Shown here: one piece after another, positions 11,803 through 25,130 of the stretch
Numbering within the stretch: the first letter of the stretch is position 1
Layout: each line of letters starts with the position of its first letter
DNA from: Blepharisma stoltei ATCC 30299
Lineage: Eukaryota; Protista; Ciliophora
Assembly (NCBI GenBank): GCA_965603825.1
Contig: CBFDEM010000044.1
Location: 434,001-498,000, forward strand
Direction: 5' to 3'
Length of the DNA stretch: 64,000 bases
Translations under genes and position numbers: made by a program
Notes under the pieces: model-generated
The model's input: only the letters and a program-made list of their open reading frames with translations
Databases searched by the model: none
Told to the model about the DNA's origin: nothing

Positions 11803-14800
11803 CTATTTCTTTTGGAACTGTAATTTTCCATGCGCTCGAAGCGATCTCATAATCTTATTTCTATGATCAATTGGAATTAATCGTCCCAAACTCCATATAT
11901 TTGTAATCTGTTGCTGAACCTTATTCAGTTCCCTTACATAAACGAAAAAATATAGAATAAAAACAATGAAACAGTACGATGAACTAATTCATATAACAAG
12001 ATAAGCATCTTTCTTGATCATATCTTTTATATCAGACTCATAAAGATCAATAAGAGTTGTTCCTATTTCCACCAATTCTTCTTTAGTCTCACTTATAGAG
12101 TCCAATGAAGTATTTTTCCCTTCAACAATTTGTCAATATACATCTCGGATGCCTAAATAATATTCGTTTAAGGAAGCATAATATCCTTTTGATAAGGTGA
12201 TGCATTGCTCTGACAAACATGCGTCATCTCATATATAATTATTGTGCTTTGAGCTTCTCTTGAGTGAAGAAAGATGGCGAAAAAGTAAATTGTACTCTGA
12301 AAAAACCATCAGCTCTGAATTAAAGATAAAGGCATAATCTGGGCTTATCTCATATTGACTATAAGGGACAATCCATTTGTAGCCATAACTTAAATTCGCA
12401 TATTTTACTTCTTGAAGCCAATAAAAAGCAGCATTTGCTGCTGAGGTTCTCATCCCTGCCCAGTTGTTTATTTTTGGCTTAATTTCTAATGTATTTCCGA
12501 AGGTCTCGTACCCGATAAAATAAAAAAATAAGAAAAATGCTGCGGAAAATAAATAATAGACTGTAAGTCTTACCAATATTCCTTTTCACTTATTTGTTGC
12601 CTTAATATTACTTCTCTCTTCCAACGATTTAAATTTATTTTTATCATTTTTTTTATCAGACTCAATCCCATGGGTTTGCTCCAGCCTTTCTTCGCATCTG
12701 GATTTGAGTTCAAGGACTAAATCAATTGGCAATAAATAAAACAAACTCCAAACTGTCTGGTTAGATTTTTCGACCTGTCTTAAAGTCGGGATAATAACTA
12801 AAAAGAAGCAAATAAACATAAGCGCAACTGCACATGATGCAAGAATGAGAATCACTTCTAAAAACTTTTGCATGTTTTCTTCTGCGTCATCTATGAAGTA
12901 TTCGATAGATATATTAAGCCCTTGCATTGTTTCTCCATAGCTGTTTCGGTATATATAAAAGAAATTAGGGTTTTGGGCATCAATTTCGTTTAAAGGAGTA
13001 TTATATAGCATAAGTGCTTGAGAGACAAGGTCGCGCATTGCGTCCATAAGGTTTACATCTGTGCTGTTAATGACCCCACTTTTTAATTCCCATGATTTTA
13101 TTTGAGAATCCTGATACATGTCTTTAGCTTTTCCATCTTTCCAGCCTTTTAGATTGCTTTTTATATTGTCTATAATTTCATTATAGCGATTTATGCCTGT
13201 CAGAAGTCTCTCTCTGCTTGCAGATTCCATTGATGGTGGCAATTCTCCAAGGTTAATAAGATGTAGGGTTCTTGCATCCAATGAAAAATAGGTATTTAAT
13301 GTCCGACGTTCAGCAAGATCATTAATAATTACACTTTCCAGGTATTTGGTCGAGATAAACTCCAGGTATATCATCATAGATAAGGCAGCTAAGTTAACTA
13401 TAAGACACTACGTAAAAAATACAGTTGCAAAAAAGGCCACTTTAAATCTGAACATTGAACTTGTCACACCGGTTAAGAGAACTTGTGCTTCTTGGCTTGA
13501 AGTAAAGCTTGCATTGGAACTCACAGCTGAGCTAGCTATGCTGGTTCCTGATCTCTTTTTGGTAATATCTTCTTCTATTACAGAAAACGAAACCACTGAA
13601 GCAGCATCCCCAGGTTTTTCAGAGTTATTAAACAAAAACCCTCCTAAGTCTTTTAAATCAAAAATTTGTCCTTCCTGAGGAATGGGGGCATTTTTGGTTT
13701 CTTCTTTTTCACTAGATTTGTCTTCTTCATCATCGTCTTCTTCAACCTTTTCTTCTGAAAGTTTTACAGGCTGCTTCGAAGTGGTTGCATCTTTTACTTT
13801 CCCTCCTGCCACGTTTTTTCCAGCCTTGAAGTCAGTTTCCCCAATTTCAAAAATCTGTGGGCTGATATCAAAAGTCACATTACAATTTTTATCACTTTTT
13901 TGACGTGGTTCTTTCAAAATCCCCCTTTTTTCCTTTTTTTTTACTTCTTGCGTTTGCTCAATTACTCCTAAATCTCGCAAATCTTCGAAACTTGTGGTCT
14001 CTTTATTGATTTTTCATGATTTTACTTCATCCTCATCTGAAGTTACGTGCAGCATTTTAAACGTAACTTTACCTATTTTTAGATCAGTGAATCTCATTGT
14101 AAGAGAATTGACTATTCCTGGGATCATGTATTCAAAAATTGTGCCAGGTGGATATTTTTCCCGGAGAGAGTCAAAATTATTTATGACTTTGTTAGCATCT
14201 AGTTTGTTTAAAAGAATAACCTCTTCTGAATAGCCTAACAGCCGAGCCATTCCTCTTGTATTTACAGTTATCATATTAGAATCATCATATAATAAGCATT
14301 CTCTTGCCTGAGAGTTTTTCTTTATTGCTGAAAGAAAAAATGGGTAAGAATCAAGTGCTACAGCTCTTCCTTTATAATAGCACTCAATAAGATATCCATG
14401 GGCATCAAGCATTATAATATTGAACGGGGCACACACTTCAGTGGTGGTTGTGGTTTTAAGATATTCTTCCATTGCGCGATTATGAGAATTCACTTGGTTT
14501 CCAGGAGGTGGGATATAGTTAGCAATATTTTGTCCAATTGTATATCGGGTGGGAACGCCTAGCAAATTTCCTGCCTGCGTGTTCATATTGGTTATATTCC
14601 CCATATCGTCAGGACTACCAGAAACAATGATAATTCCATTATTTTCGTCAAAATAATTAAATCTCTCTCCAATCATTGCATTTTTTTGTTCCTGCTGCAG
14701 TTTTTCATGCTCCGCTCTACTCACGAGTTCATTCCCTTTGACAGTATTATTATAAACTTCAAGTAAAAATGTTCCATATATTCTCAAAGCTTGCTGGTTC

Positions 14801-16398
14801 GTTGGATATTGCTTTATCAAATTTTTCGAAAACTTTTTGGCTTTTTGAATTGTTTTAAACAATTTATACCCAATTTTTTCAATTTGATGGATTTGCGGGG
14901 CTTCTGCACTCATCTCGTTCCAAAAATCCAATTGATCTTGGCAAGCTTCTTTATCAAACATAAGAGCGTCTTCATAAAGTTTTCGAAAATTTATATAGTC
15001 GATTTCTTCTAGTATTTTTCTTCTGAAATCATTAATTGTGTTTGAATATTTGTATTTTAAATAAGCGCCTTCTAATGAAAACTGGGTGTCTATTGTTTTT
15101 GTCAGCTTTATTTTGGCAAGTCCATCTTTTTTTAGGACTATATATACATATAAAAACTCCCATATAGCGCAGAAAAAATGATTTTCAAACCGATTTGCAA
15201 TTTCTCTATGCAAGCTATGAATGTGAGCCCTGATTTTTTTGCCAGCAGATTTGCCTTCAACTGTTTTTTTATTCAATGCTAAAAGTTTCAAAATTTCAAA
15301 TCTTACAATTATTTCACAGACATAAGGGTTTGAATAGTAAATTATTTTATCATAATTCTTCATTAGCCAATTAATCCTAAAGTGCAATATTTCTCATAGG
15401 GCCAGCTCCAAGCATGGGTAAACTAAGATGATAAAATAAAATACAAGGGTGGCATTATCAAACCAAAGCCCAATAAGTTGGGCTATGGAACTTCATGTGA
15501 GGAGCAAATAACAGCTTGAAGAAGTAAAGTTTACAAAGATTGTGTAAAATGGCAAAAAGTACAGGTAGGCACTGGAAAGGATGACGCCAATTGCTAAGCT
15601 TATAAGCAGATGAGCTGCATAGTAATCTTTATGAAGGTACCAGTGACTGTAGCATAAAAGTGCTAATAGCAAGATTTTGCATTCTTCAACTCTACTATGT
15701 GCTCGTGCATATATCATTGATTTGTGACGTGTTATATATTGTTCGTAATTAAAGCCAGCATCCATAAGAACAAGTAATACAAGTACTGGCTCTGCAAGGG
15801 CACTTAAGAAGCCTGTATAGTTTGCTGTGATGTTGCTCGAACTTAGGCCTCCATATTCAAAAACTGAGGTTTTGTCCTTGTATGAGTATTTTTGAACTGA
15901 TATAAAAATATTCATAAACGGAAGAAATAAAACCAATCGAAAAATTTTTAAAACTGAGCCCAGAATATATCTGTAATTGCTTTCTTTAATTTTATATTGA
16001 AAATAAATCTTGAAATATAAGAATAGAAATATCAGAAAAGCAAAGCCAACAACACCAAGTGCGACATATCAAAATGGGACTCCAAACCCTAGATTGGCCA
16101 CTAAATAATCAAATCTGCTATAACCTACAAAAGCTGAAATTAAATGAAATGAGTCTCAAGAATCCAGATTTGGAGGAAAAGTTAAACTCAAAACTTGCAG
16201 TGATATCGTCACTGAATAAAGCATATGAACATAAAGCTTTGTTGTTTGTGTTTCAAACCTATTTATAGTATTGTAGTCTTTAAAAAGTGCATAAAATACA
16301 GCAAATAATGTTTCCATCAGTTTATTGCCGAATCTGCTTATCTTTTTAAAAGCAGATTCTTCGGATTCTTGAATATTTCCTTCATCGTTGTCTTCCAT
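11803..16398 (-). CDS. Large multi-pass membrane protein with PAS domain (TmcB/TmcC-like), ~1500 aa
   Basis: Six same-frame ORFs joined by TGA=Trp and intron 13408-13422. N-terminal TM block, 'LRIYGTFLLEVYNN' helical repeat, PAS-like 'GIIIVSG...NITNMN...IGQNIANYIPP', C-terminal TMs; TAG at 11803-11805. Confidence 0.8.
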
Positions 16399-16824
16399 AA
16401 TAATTAAACTAATATTTTATTTTTTATTCACATGTTTATATAATCCTCTTCGAAAGTTGACATAATGCAAGCTATTAGTTTTAGAATTCCATGCTTTTGG
16501 ATGGAAAATTTTAAGATCAGTTATTGTAAATATTGTTTTGGCAATTAAAATTATAAATGAATCGGCCACATCAGAAGAAAATTGATTTAAGATTTGAAAT
16601 TGAAAATTATGTGCAATGTTTAAATAAATCTAATAGCAATCATAAAAATATACTATCCTGAATTCATCTGCCGATAAAATAATCTAAAATCTATATTTAT
16701 CAATTTTAGCAATTGAGATTGCTTCTGATCTGATTACTAAATCACAGCAAAATCGAATAGCCTTGTCACAGTGCTAATTATAAAAGTTGTTCAATTCTAA
16801 GAAATATGTTAGAAAAATATTTAA

Positions 16825-18621
16825 ATGGAAAGCAGTTTAAAAGTTGCAACAACGTACGCATGGGGAAAAAATAAAGACGGAGAATTATCTCAAGGATCTT
16901 CAAAAGACGTGCTATTACCTACACCCTGCAAAGGAATTAAAAACAAGAATCTAATCATGGTCATATCAGGAGGTCAACATTCTGCAGCCATTGACAGCAC
17001 AGGCAAACTTTATACATGCGGCTCTTATCTTCACGGAAAACTGGGCATTGAAGATTTAACAACAGTGTCAGTCCTTTCGTTTACTCCTGTGACAGCATTA
17101 AAAGATAAAGTTGTAAGACAAGTCGCCTGTGGGGATTATCATACCTTATGTCTCCTTGAAGATGGCTCAGTTTATACATGGGGAGGAACATTGCATAAAA
17201 AATTAGGCCAGCGAGGTGCTGGGAAAAATATCAACCATCCTGGGCTTGTGTCAGCATTCAACGATAAAGATGTAATTTATGTTGATTGTGGAGATTTTCA
17301 CTCAATGGCACTTACAGCTGATGGAAAGGTTTATTCATGGGGAGGTGGGGGAAGCTTTTTTAACAGAGGGCAGTGTGGACATGGAAATACTAACGATGTG
17401 GACAACCCACAAATTATAGCTGGACTTCAAAATAAATTTATAACAATGATCTCATGTGGAGGATATCATACCTTGGCGGTCACTGATAATAACGAAGTTT
17501 ACGCATGGGGAAGTGGGCTATATGGAGAATGTGGCTTCGGAGAGTTCCTAAACGCCACAAGTCCAAAACAAGTATTAATGCCATGGATCAAAAGAAATGG
17601 AGATAATCAGTATGGAGAAATTGTCCAGATTTCTGGTGGTGGTCATCATTCATTAGTCCTTACATCAGCTGGATATGTATTTTCATTTGGGTTTGCATCT
17701 CATGGACAGCTGGGACTAAGAAATACAGTCAATCAAGCAGAACCGAGACTGGTAAGTGATTTAAGAACAAAACCTGTCAAAATGATTGCTGCAGGCTGGA
17801 ACCATTCATTAGTTCTAACTCAGAGAGGAGATGTATTCGCATGTGGATATGGATTCTTTGGGCAGCTTGGGCTTGGCGATGATGAAAGTAAAACCATATT
17901 TACTCATGTTTCTACTCTTGGATCTAAAAAAGTTGAAAGAATTTATGCAGGTGGAAACCATTCCTGGGCACTTTTAGATCCAGCTGAGCCTATTAGAGCT
18001 GACTATGAACCTCCGTCTCCGCTTCCAGCTGAAATGAGTCTCCTTGACATCTCAAGAGTCCCCTCGCCTCCTCCTAGCATTCAGCAAAGGTCAGGAACTC
18101 CAGACTCCTTAAACAGAAGTATGCGCCTTGAAGGCTCATTCCAAAAGCCTGAAACCTTGCTGCAAATTGCATACTCAGACATCCAGTACTCTCACCGATT
18201 TATCAGATTCATGCTAAAAGAAACTTCTCTTGAGGTCGGAAAAGCGAAAGCAGAAGAATTTGTCCATGAAATGTACATGAGTGAGCTAGGAGTCCTATAT
18301 CATCGAATTCAAGAAGATGATGACATCGTAGAAGTCACCAATTCAGAGCCTATTGTAGCTTCAGCAGGTGGAGAACTCAGCTTTACTTGCTTGCTCGTAT
18401 GTGATCCTACGAAAAATGACCCTCCCGTCACAATTGAATCTTATATAGGTGAGCCCTCGCAATTGACTGTATTTTTAAAAGCTCAGCAAATGACTTCAAA
18501 CCCAACCCAAGCTGCTCTTTCAGAATGGGTAAGATTTTTCTTGCTGAAAGTGGGGAGTTTTTGTTCGAAGCCTCCGAAGTTCTTTGAGTTGAGGCCAATT
18601 TCTTATTATATGAATTTATAA
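16825..18621 (+). CDS. RCC1-repeat protein
   Basis: Repeated 'CGDYHT', 'VYSWG', 'GQLGLG' blades. Confidence 0.93.
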   Translation: MESSLKVATTYAWGKNKDGELSQGSSKDVLLPTPCKGIKNKNLIMVISGGQHSAAIDSTGKLYTCGSYLHGKLGIEDLTTVSVLSFTPVTALKDKVVRQVACGDYHTLCLLEDGSVYTWGGTLHKKLGQRGAGKNINHPGLVSAFNDKDVIYVDCGDFHSMALTADGKVYSWGGGGSFFNRGQCGHGNTNDVDNPQIIAGLQNKFITMISCGGYHTLAVTDNNEVYAWGSGLYGECGFGEFLNATSPKQVLMPWIKRNGDNQYGEIVQISGGGHHSLVLTSAGYVFSFGFASHGQLGLRNTVNQAEPRLVSDLRTKPVKMIAAGWNHSLVLTQRGDVFACGYGFFGQLGLGDDESKTIFTHVSTLGSKKVERIYAGGNHSWALLDPAEPIRADYEPPSPLPAEMSLLDISRVPSPPPSIQQRSGTPDSLNRSMRLEGSFQKPETLLQIAYSDIQYSHRFIRFMLKETSLEVGKAKAEEFVHEMYMSELGVLYHRIQEDDDIVEVTNSEPIVASAGGELSFTCLLVCDPTKNDPPVTIESYIGEPSQLTVFLKAQQMTSNPTQAALSEWVRFFLLKVGSFCSKPPKFFELRPISYYMNL

Positions 18622-18642
18622 AATCGTTAATTCAAATTTCGA

Positions 18643-18852
18643 TTATTTAATCTTTGAGTAAAGCTTTTTGAAGTTTTCTTCGCATGCATAATAGGAGTAT
18701 CCTCCGCCAATTCCTGCTCCGTAAAATATGACAGGAGCTTTTCTCTTAAAAAAAAGAAGACTGAGAAGAATTCCAGCTCCTAAGCCTACTCCAGTGTTGA
18801 TACCAAAGTTCGTTAAGCAGTCGTCCCAAGTTTTTTGATTATCTGAAGCCAT
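18643..18852 (-). CDS. MIC10: MICOS subunit Mic10
   Basis: 'WDDCL', GxGxGxG TM1, 'FFKRK' loop, GxGxG TM2, terminal Cys. Confidence 0.88.
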   Translation of the reverse strand: MASDNQKTWDDCLTNFGINTGVGLGAGILLSLLFFKRKAPVIFYGAGIGGGYSYYACEENFKKLYSKIK

Positions 18853-19017
18853 TAATTATATTTCACCTCTTATCCATTAATTAAGACTCTGAATTTAACT
18901 AAGTCGCATTCATCAGTGTTTCTTAGTTTAATTTCTCTTTTTGCCATTTATTTTTGGATACAACCTTTATATTTGTGTGTATTAATCAAAAAATTAAAAT
19001 TATGAAAATATTTATGG

Positions 19018-20565
19018 TTAACTTAGTTTTTGATGTTGATAATATAGATAGTGCAGTACTGAAGTTTGTTTTTCGTCATTCGGATATGGCTCGATAGAGA
19101 ATAAGTTTAAGCAGTCAGAGTAATTTATTAGTCCTAAAGCATGTGGATCGACAGTATCAAGAAGTCTATCACATTGATCTAATAAATCAAACGAAGCTAC
19201 CAAAGCTCTAAATTCATCTTCATTTAGAAGCCCGTTTTCATCTAGATCAACTTTCGAAAATTTTTCATTGAAAGGTGCCAAAAGTGCTTCATGTGCGCTC
19301 AAATCATAGAACAAAATGCAGTTCAAAACTTCGGTATAAGTAGCTTCTGGCTTATTTTGAGGAGTTTTTGACCTTCTTCCTGTGATAGTCGAGTTAACAG
19401 ATTTTTGTTTAATTATCTCGTTTATATGATGAGTCACATAATCTGCTTCTTCTTGTGAAAAAATTGAAAGAACGATATTTTTCCATTCGTCTTCATCAAG
19501 TGTTGAAGACATTTTTTCCTTCATTGTTTCAAGCAACTGTGGCTCTCGAATATAAGGATATTTAGCTTGAAGACTTGATTTCAATAGCTGCTTTATAGAG
19601 TCTTTCAGCTGAACGAAAACATCTCTAAACTCTTCATCAACTTGATGCTTAATTATTTTCGAAAATAAAGCAATTTCTGCGTCTGAGTCCTGGTATCTTT
19701 GTATCCCTCTTGTAATTGACCCAAATCATTCGTTTATCAGGCTTTTGAGTCCATATTTCTGATTTAGATATGTGTATAAATATTGCTCCATAGTTTCTCT
19801 CGCTTGTCTTGTTTCCCTGCATTTCTCATCAAATCTAATTTTGCAAGCATAAATGTCCTCAATTACTTCTTTTAGCTGTTTCAAAGTCAAATCTTTTGTA
19901 ATTGGCATCCTACTTTTCATGACGACCTTTTTGCTTGGGTTTCTAGGTATAATATCTTTTCTATCTGGAGAAGCTGAGCTTGGGTTGACTGAATTCTCAG
20001 CAGCTTGTTTTGAAAGAGAAATAATTTTATCAAGATAAACTTTATTTTCATCTTGAAGATGCTCAAGCTGGTTAGCAAGCTCATCCCTTGCTTTTTCCAG
20101 TTCTTGAGATAAAAAATCTCGTTCCTGAGTTAGCTCTTGTGCCCTAAACTCTAAGGCTTCTGCAGCTGCGAGCACATCTTCTGTTTCTTTTTTCCTGCTG
20201 ACAAGGGATTGCTTTAGCTCATCTATTTCATCTTCAAGCTTAATATTTCGAGTTTGAGAATTGGCGAAGTTTGTAATAAAATGGTAGACGATGGTTTTAA
20301 CCAAGTAAAAAATATCTGGATAAGTGGATTCTATATAAGGTGAAAGAACGTCCCAACAGTACTCCCACAGTTGCATTTTTGCATTAATTACGTTCTCTGT
20401 TGTAGGGTTAGCTGTCAATTGGCCAACTGTTAGTGAAACTTTCTCTTGAAATGCTTGCATAAGTGTGGAATCCTTAGAAGGCTCTTCTTTTGCGTGTAAA
20501 AATCTGATTTTATCAAACGTTTCAGCAACCTGCTTTATCTCTTCTTCAGATATCATAAGCTCCAT
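19018..20565 (-). CDS. Coiled-coil/EF-hand protein (TSNAXIP1-like ciliate family)
   Basis: ORFs joined by TGA 19726-19728; 'ETMEQYLYTYLNQKYGLK'; EF-hand 'DLDENGLLNEDEF'. Confidence 0.7.
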
Positions 20566-20633
20566 TTTAAAACTATATTTGCCAACTCAATGCATCGTTA
20601 TTAATTCCAGTATTTGCATTAATTTACCTATTA

Positions 20634-21893
20634 ATGGCGCACTCCGCAAGAACTTTTTCTGATTATAAGTCAATTGCTTTGCGCGAGCCTAGGAATGCTA
20701 GGCTAGAAAAAGATCTTGAAATTGCATTTTATAATCTTGCAAAAGAAAGGAAAATAGGTATTGATATTGATCAGGAAATCCATGAAACTGAGGAAGAAAT
20801 AAAAGAGTTGGAATTGAAAACTAAGCGTTGACTTGAAATAAAGCAAGTTTTAAATGATGTCAATGTTTCTGAAAGAAAGTTAGAAATTGCACAAGCACAG
20901 TTAAACGAAATCTGTAAAGAAAATTGAATATTCAGAGACCAAATTGATTATGTTAGAAGAGAATTGCTATTGAAAAAAGAAATAATAGATAACCTAGAAG
21001 ATGATATAGAAACATGCAATCATAAAATAAAAAATAAATGCAAGGAAACAAAGAATATTGAGTCAGAGACAAATCATATTGAAATTAATCTATTAAGAAG
21101 CAAAAGTGCTAATTCTAGGCAAAGATTCCATCTTAAAATAGAAGAATTAACGAGTGTCTTGCATCAAGAAAAAATTAAGCAGGTCCAAACTGCAAGAATG
21201 CTGAAGGAGAATATAAATTTGCAATTTTATCGACCATTGAATGTATTAGGAAGTACTAAAATTCTGACTCTTTTAACTCAAAAGTGCTTAGAAAGAATAA
21301 AAGATAAAGAAAATGAGATAAAAAGTTTTGAAAATCACATTAATGAATTGGAAAATATGTTTGAAGAGCTTCGGCACAGCTCAAACCTATCCTCTATTGA
21401 AGAGATTGCTATAGAATATGTCTCTTCTGAAGAAAATAATGCAGCAATTGTCAAATATTTAAGCGAAGTGAACATTGAAATAGACCAATTAAAAAACTCT
21501 CTTTTAAGTGTACAAGAATTGATTAACGAATGCAAAAAAAACCACAAGTCAAGTGAGGCTTCAGCTGCAAATTTATTTGAAGACCTAACAGCAAAAATTG
21601 ATGCTGCGAATCTAAAAAATGTTGAATTAAATCAAAAAAGCATAAAAATTCAAGAGCAGATTTCGCTGCTGATTTCTTTTTTTCAGGTGACAATAATTTA
21701 GAAAACCTATGATCTTTGTAAAATGCATCCTCTCAATATCCCATCAGGAAGAAAGGCAGAAATTGAATATATTGCAGATGGGGGGAATTTAAGCAAAGAT
21801 CAAATTTTTTCCAACATCGGATTTATAGAAGAGTATGCAACTTATATGAACAAAATAAGAAGTCTTCTATTAAGTGAGAATCTGTCTTTATAA
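20634..21893 (+). CDS. Outer dynein arm docking complex-like coiled-coil protein (CCDC63/114-like)
   Basis: 'SIEEIAIEYVSSEENNAAIVKYLSEVNIEIDQL'; TGA=Trp; intron 21687-21701; TAA at 21891-21893. Confidence 0.6.
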
Positions 21894-22525
21894 AATATAT
21901 CTCCATATAAATTAGCTAATTTATTTTAGTTTTTAACTTTTGTTTGCACTCTTATTAAGAATATCCAAGAACTTAAAGGTTGTTGTTTTCATAAGTGGAG
22001 CCAATTCTTGTGAATGAAAAATTTCCTATAAATAAACCAATAATGATGCATTTTGCAAGTGTGTTAATTTAGAATAATGTAATAAAACTGATTTCTTTAA
22101 AACGAAATATAGAAAGGATTTATTTTCAAATTAATAAAAAACTGCTATGCTATTAGCAAAGAGTAAATAGCATCTAAATGTTAAGAAGATAGATAGTGAT
22201 ACTGTTATCTATTAATTAAATTTTAAATTCTAGAAAAATAGGTCTTCTTTGATAAATGCAGGCTCTAGCATTTTTGTTGAAAAATAAACTCTTTGTGAAA
22301 ATAATAATTTATTAATTTATGAATGAATAAGTTTTGCTAAGTAAAGCTCTAGTCTTTTATTTCATAACTCTAATATGTGCATGATTCATCTAAATCACGA
22401 TGAAAGGCAATAGATTTCAACAACTTGGTTTTAAATTATTTCTGGATATATTGTCAAAATGATGGGATATACCATACTGAGGATAAAAAAGTAAAGTCAG
22501 CTAATCATTAGAACTTTAGATAAAT

Positions 22526-24752
22526 ATGAACAAACTTGAGTCTAGTTTGGTTTCTTGGGTAATCTTTACTGTAGATAAACAGCAATGACTTATCATATCA
22601 CTGCCATTCAATTGAGGATTTATCTGATGGTATTCTCTTATACGAACTCATGGGCCAAATGTAACTGTTATTCAGCTCTTCGGATCATTTTCAATCCCAA
22701 ATATCAGAAGATTCCTACTCTACTGCTTCAAAAGCACATAATTTAAATAAGCTAATCAGTGGGTTGGAAACTTTTTACTATGAAGAACTGGGGAAAAACT
22801 TCAGTAGTTTGTTGAACAATATTGACACATCAGAAATTGCTCAAAACAATGATCGATCTCAGCTTATATCTTTGCTAGAAATGGTAATGGGAGCCGTCAT
22901 CAAATGCAAAGATAAAGAAACTTATATTGCAAGGATTGTCTCGCAAAACGAAGCGGTTCAATCTGAATTAATGACTTTTATCGAAAAAGTTTTAAGCAAG
23001 CTTGACAAATTTGCTCATAACGAAGATAAGGATTTAAGAACTGAGCTTACAGTACTCAGGCAGGAAAAGAGGGCTCTAACATTGAAGCTTGAGGATAGCG
23101 CAAAAGAGGTAGAAGATCTTAAATATAAGAATGAAGACCTGAGATTAGTTAAAGACAGGCTTATATTCAAGATCAATGAATTAGAAGTCGAACTTGATAA
23201 AAAACAGTCAAAGAAAGAAAATCCTGATACTTCTTTATTGAAAATGCAATTAAATCAGAAAGAAACTACTATTCGCGAACTAAGAAACCAGATAAATGAT
23301 ATTACCAAGAAGCATCAGGATGAAATAGTAAAACTAAAGGATGAGCTTGATATGGCACAGGAAAGAGACATCCAGTTGAACAAAGCTGAAGCAACTCTAG
23401 AATTATACAAAAAGAAGCTGGAGGAGCTTAGCCAATTTAAAACTAAAGCTAAAGATCTAGAAGAAGAAAGAGATCTTCTGAAAGACAAAATAGCCAAGTA
23501 TGAAGAAAATGTTCATGATGTTTGTGGTTTACAGCAAACTTTGAGCTATTATAAAGAGCAATTTTCTGCAGAAAAAGATAAAAATGCTGCGCTTTTGATA
23601 TTGGCTGACGAGAAGGAAAATGCATTAAAAAACTTTCAAAAATTGCTAAGTGAGTCTGAAGCAAAAAGAAATTTCTTGGACGCGAAAAATAAAGAATTAA
23701 ACGATGAAATAGAGCAATTGAAATTTAAGGCAGAAGCGAGCATAGATGATTTACATGTTGCAAGCAAGGGCTTGCAATCAGAATTAGAAGAACGAATTAA
23801 CTCCTTAGTAGAAGAAAACTCAAAGCTTAAACTACAAGTAGGCAATCAAAGGGTATTGCAAGAAATGAATGAGCAAATGGATCAAGCATTTTTATTTAAA
23901 AAAAAAGCAGAAGAAAATTTGCAAATTGAAAGAAAACTTACAAGAAAAACCACACAACAAATGGAAATCATGAGCAATCAAATTGAGAGCCTAAAAGAAG
24001 AAATCACAAAGCTTGAAGAAGACAGCCAGGCTGCAGAAATAACAATAAAAAATTTGAAAAGCAATATTGAAAATTTAGAAAAAGAAAAGAACGAACTATT
24101 ATATACAAAGTCTGAACTTGAAAAGCTAAAAGTAGAAAAAGAATCGCATTCCTCGGAAATGAAATGCTTATTTAGAGAAAAAGAAGAAATAATTCATAAA
24201 CTCATGCAATGCAAGGAAGAGGTCCATGCATTGGAAAATCAGCTTAGACACAGCGAAATGACACTAAAATCAGCACAAATTGACTTGGAGCAGGCTCAAA
24301 ATAGAGTCAGCATAGCTCAAGAAAGAGAAAAATTCGCACTAAGCCAATTAGAGTTTATCAAAAAGAATGAAAATTCAGAAGGAGCGCGGAAAGCAGAAGT
24401 ATTAGAAATGGAAAAAGAAATTATGAATGCTAATAAGAAAATTGCTGAGTTTTTGCTTGAAATAAAAGAAAAGGATAACTTAATATGAAGTCTACAAACT
24501 GAAAAATCAATACTTGAAGAAGAGCTCAGGAATTCATTCAGTCAAGTAGAAGAAATTTGCAGCCAAAGACTAAAAGACAAAACTTTAGCATTGCAAGAAA
24601 TGGTAAATCAAAAAGACTTAGAGATTAGGCTGTTAGTCAAGGACAAAAAAGAATCAGAAGCAGCCTATGACACAGAATTGAAACTGATGAGTACAATAAT
24701 GTTTGAAATTGGAAATGAAATTTTCAAAGGTAGAGCTAATAATAATAAATAG
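22526..24752 (+). CDS. HOOK-family protein (N-terminal HOOK domain plus long coiled coil)
   Basis: ATG 22526; introns 22559-22574 (16 nt) and 22661-22675; 'LVSWI...LSDGILLYELMGQI', 'MGAVIKCKDKETYIARI'; TGA 24486-24488 = Trp. Confidence 0.85.
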
Positions 24753-24790
24753 ATTGTAAGAATCTCTGAAAATGTTTTTACTATAGAGAA

Positions 24791-25105
24791 TTATCCTCCA
24801 TGAAGGGTGCTGATAAAGCTTATAGCGTCTCTATCCTGAACGACATAGTCATCCTTGCCACAAAGTTCCCAGTCCATATCATTTACAAGAACAATAATCC
24901 CTGGACGCCTGCATAATTTTTACAAAGAGTCTCCGGACATAAACAATTCTGGCCTTGTTTGAAGATATCTGTCCTTAAGGTGAAAAACTAGCTGTTTCAA
25001 AGTCAGCTGAGACTCAAGAGGCACAGTCAAGTTTCTTTGTTTATTGAATAAGTCTTCAAGACCGCCACTGCATTAAAATCACCTAAAAGCAATGTGAACA
25101 CTCAT
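24791..25105 (-). CDS. URM1: Ubiquitin-related modifier 1 (absent from ORF track)
   Basis: After removing introns 25068-25082 and 24909-24923: [15 protein letters not shown]...RPELFM...[16 protein letters not shown]...FISTLHGG*. Confidence 0.96.
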
Positions 25106-25130
25106 TAATTATATTTAAGTAAAATCTAAA

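Noticed and set aside
13398-13411. 14-nt alternative intron or TAG readthrough in the Tmc-like gene
   Set aside because: The 15-nt intron 13408-13422 with A10 preserves frame; the 14-mer would not
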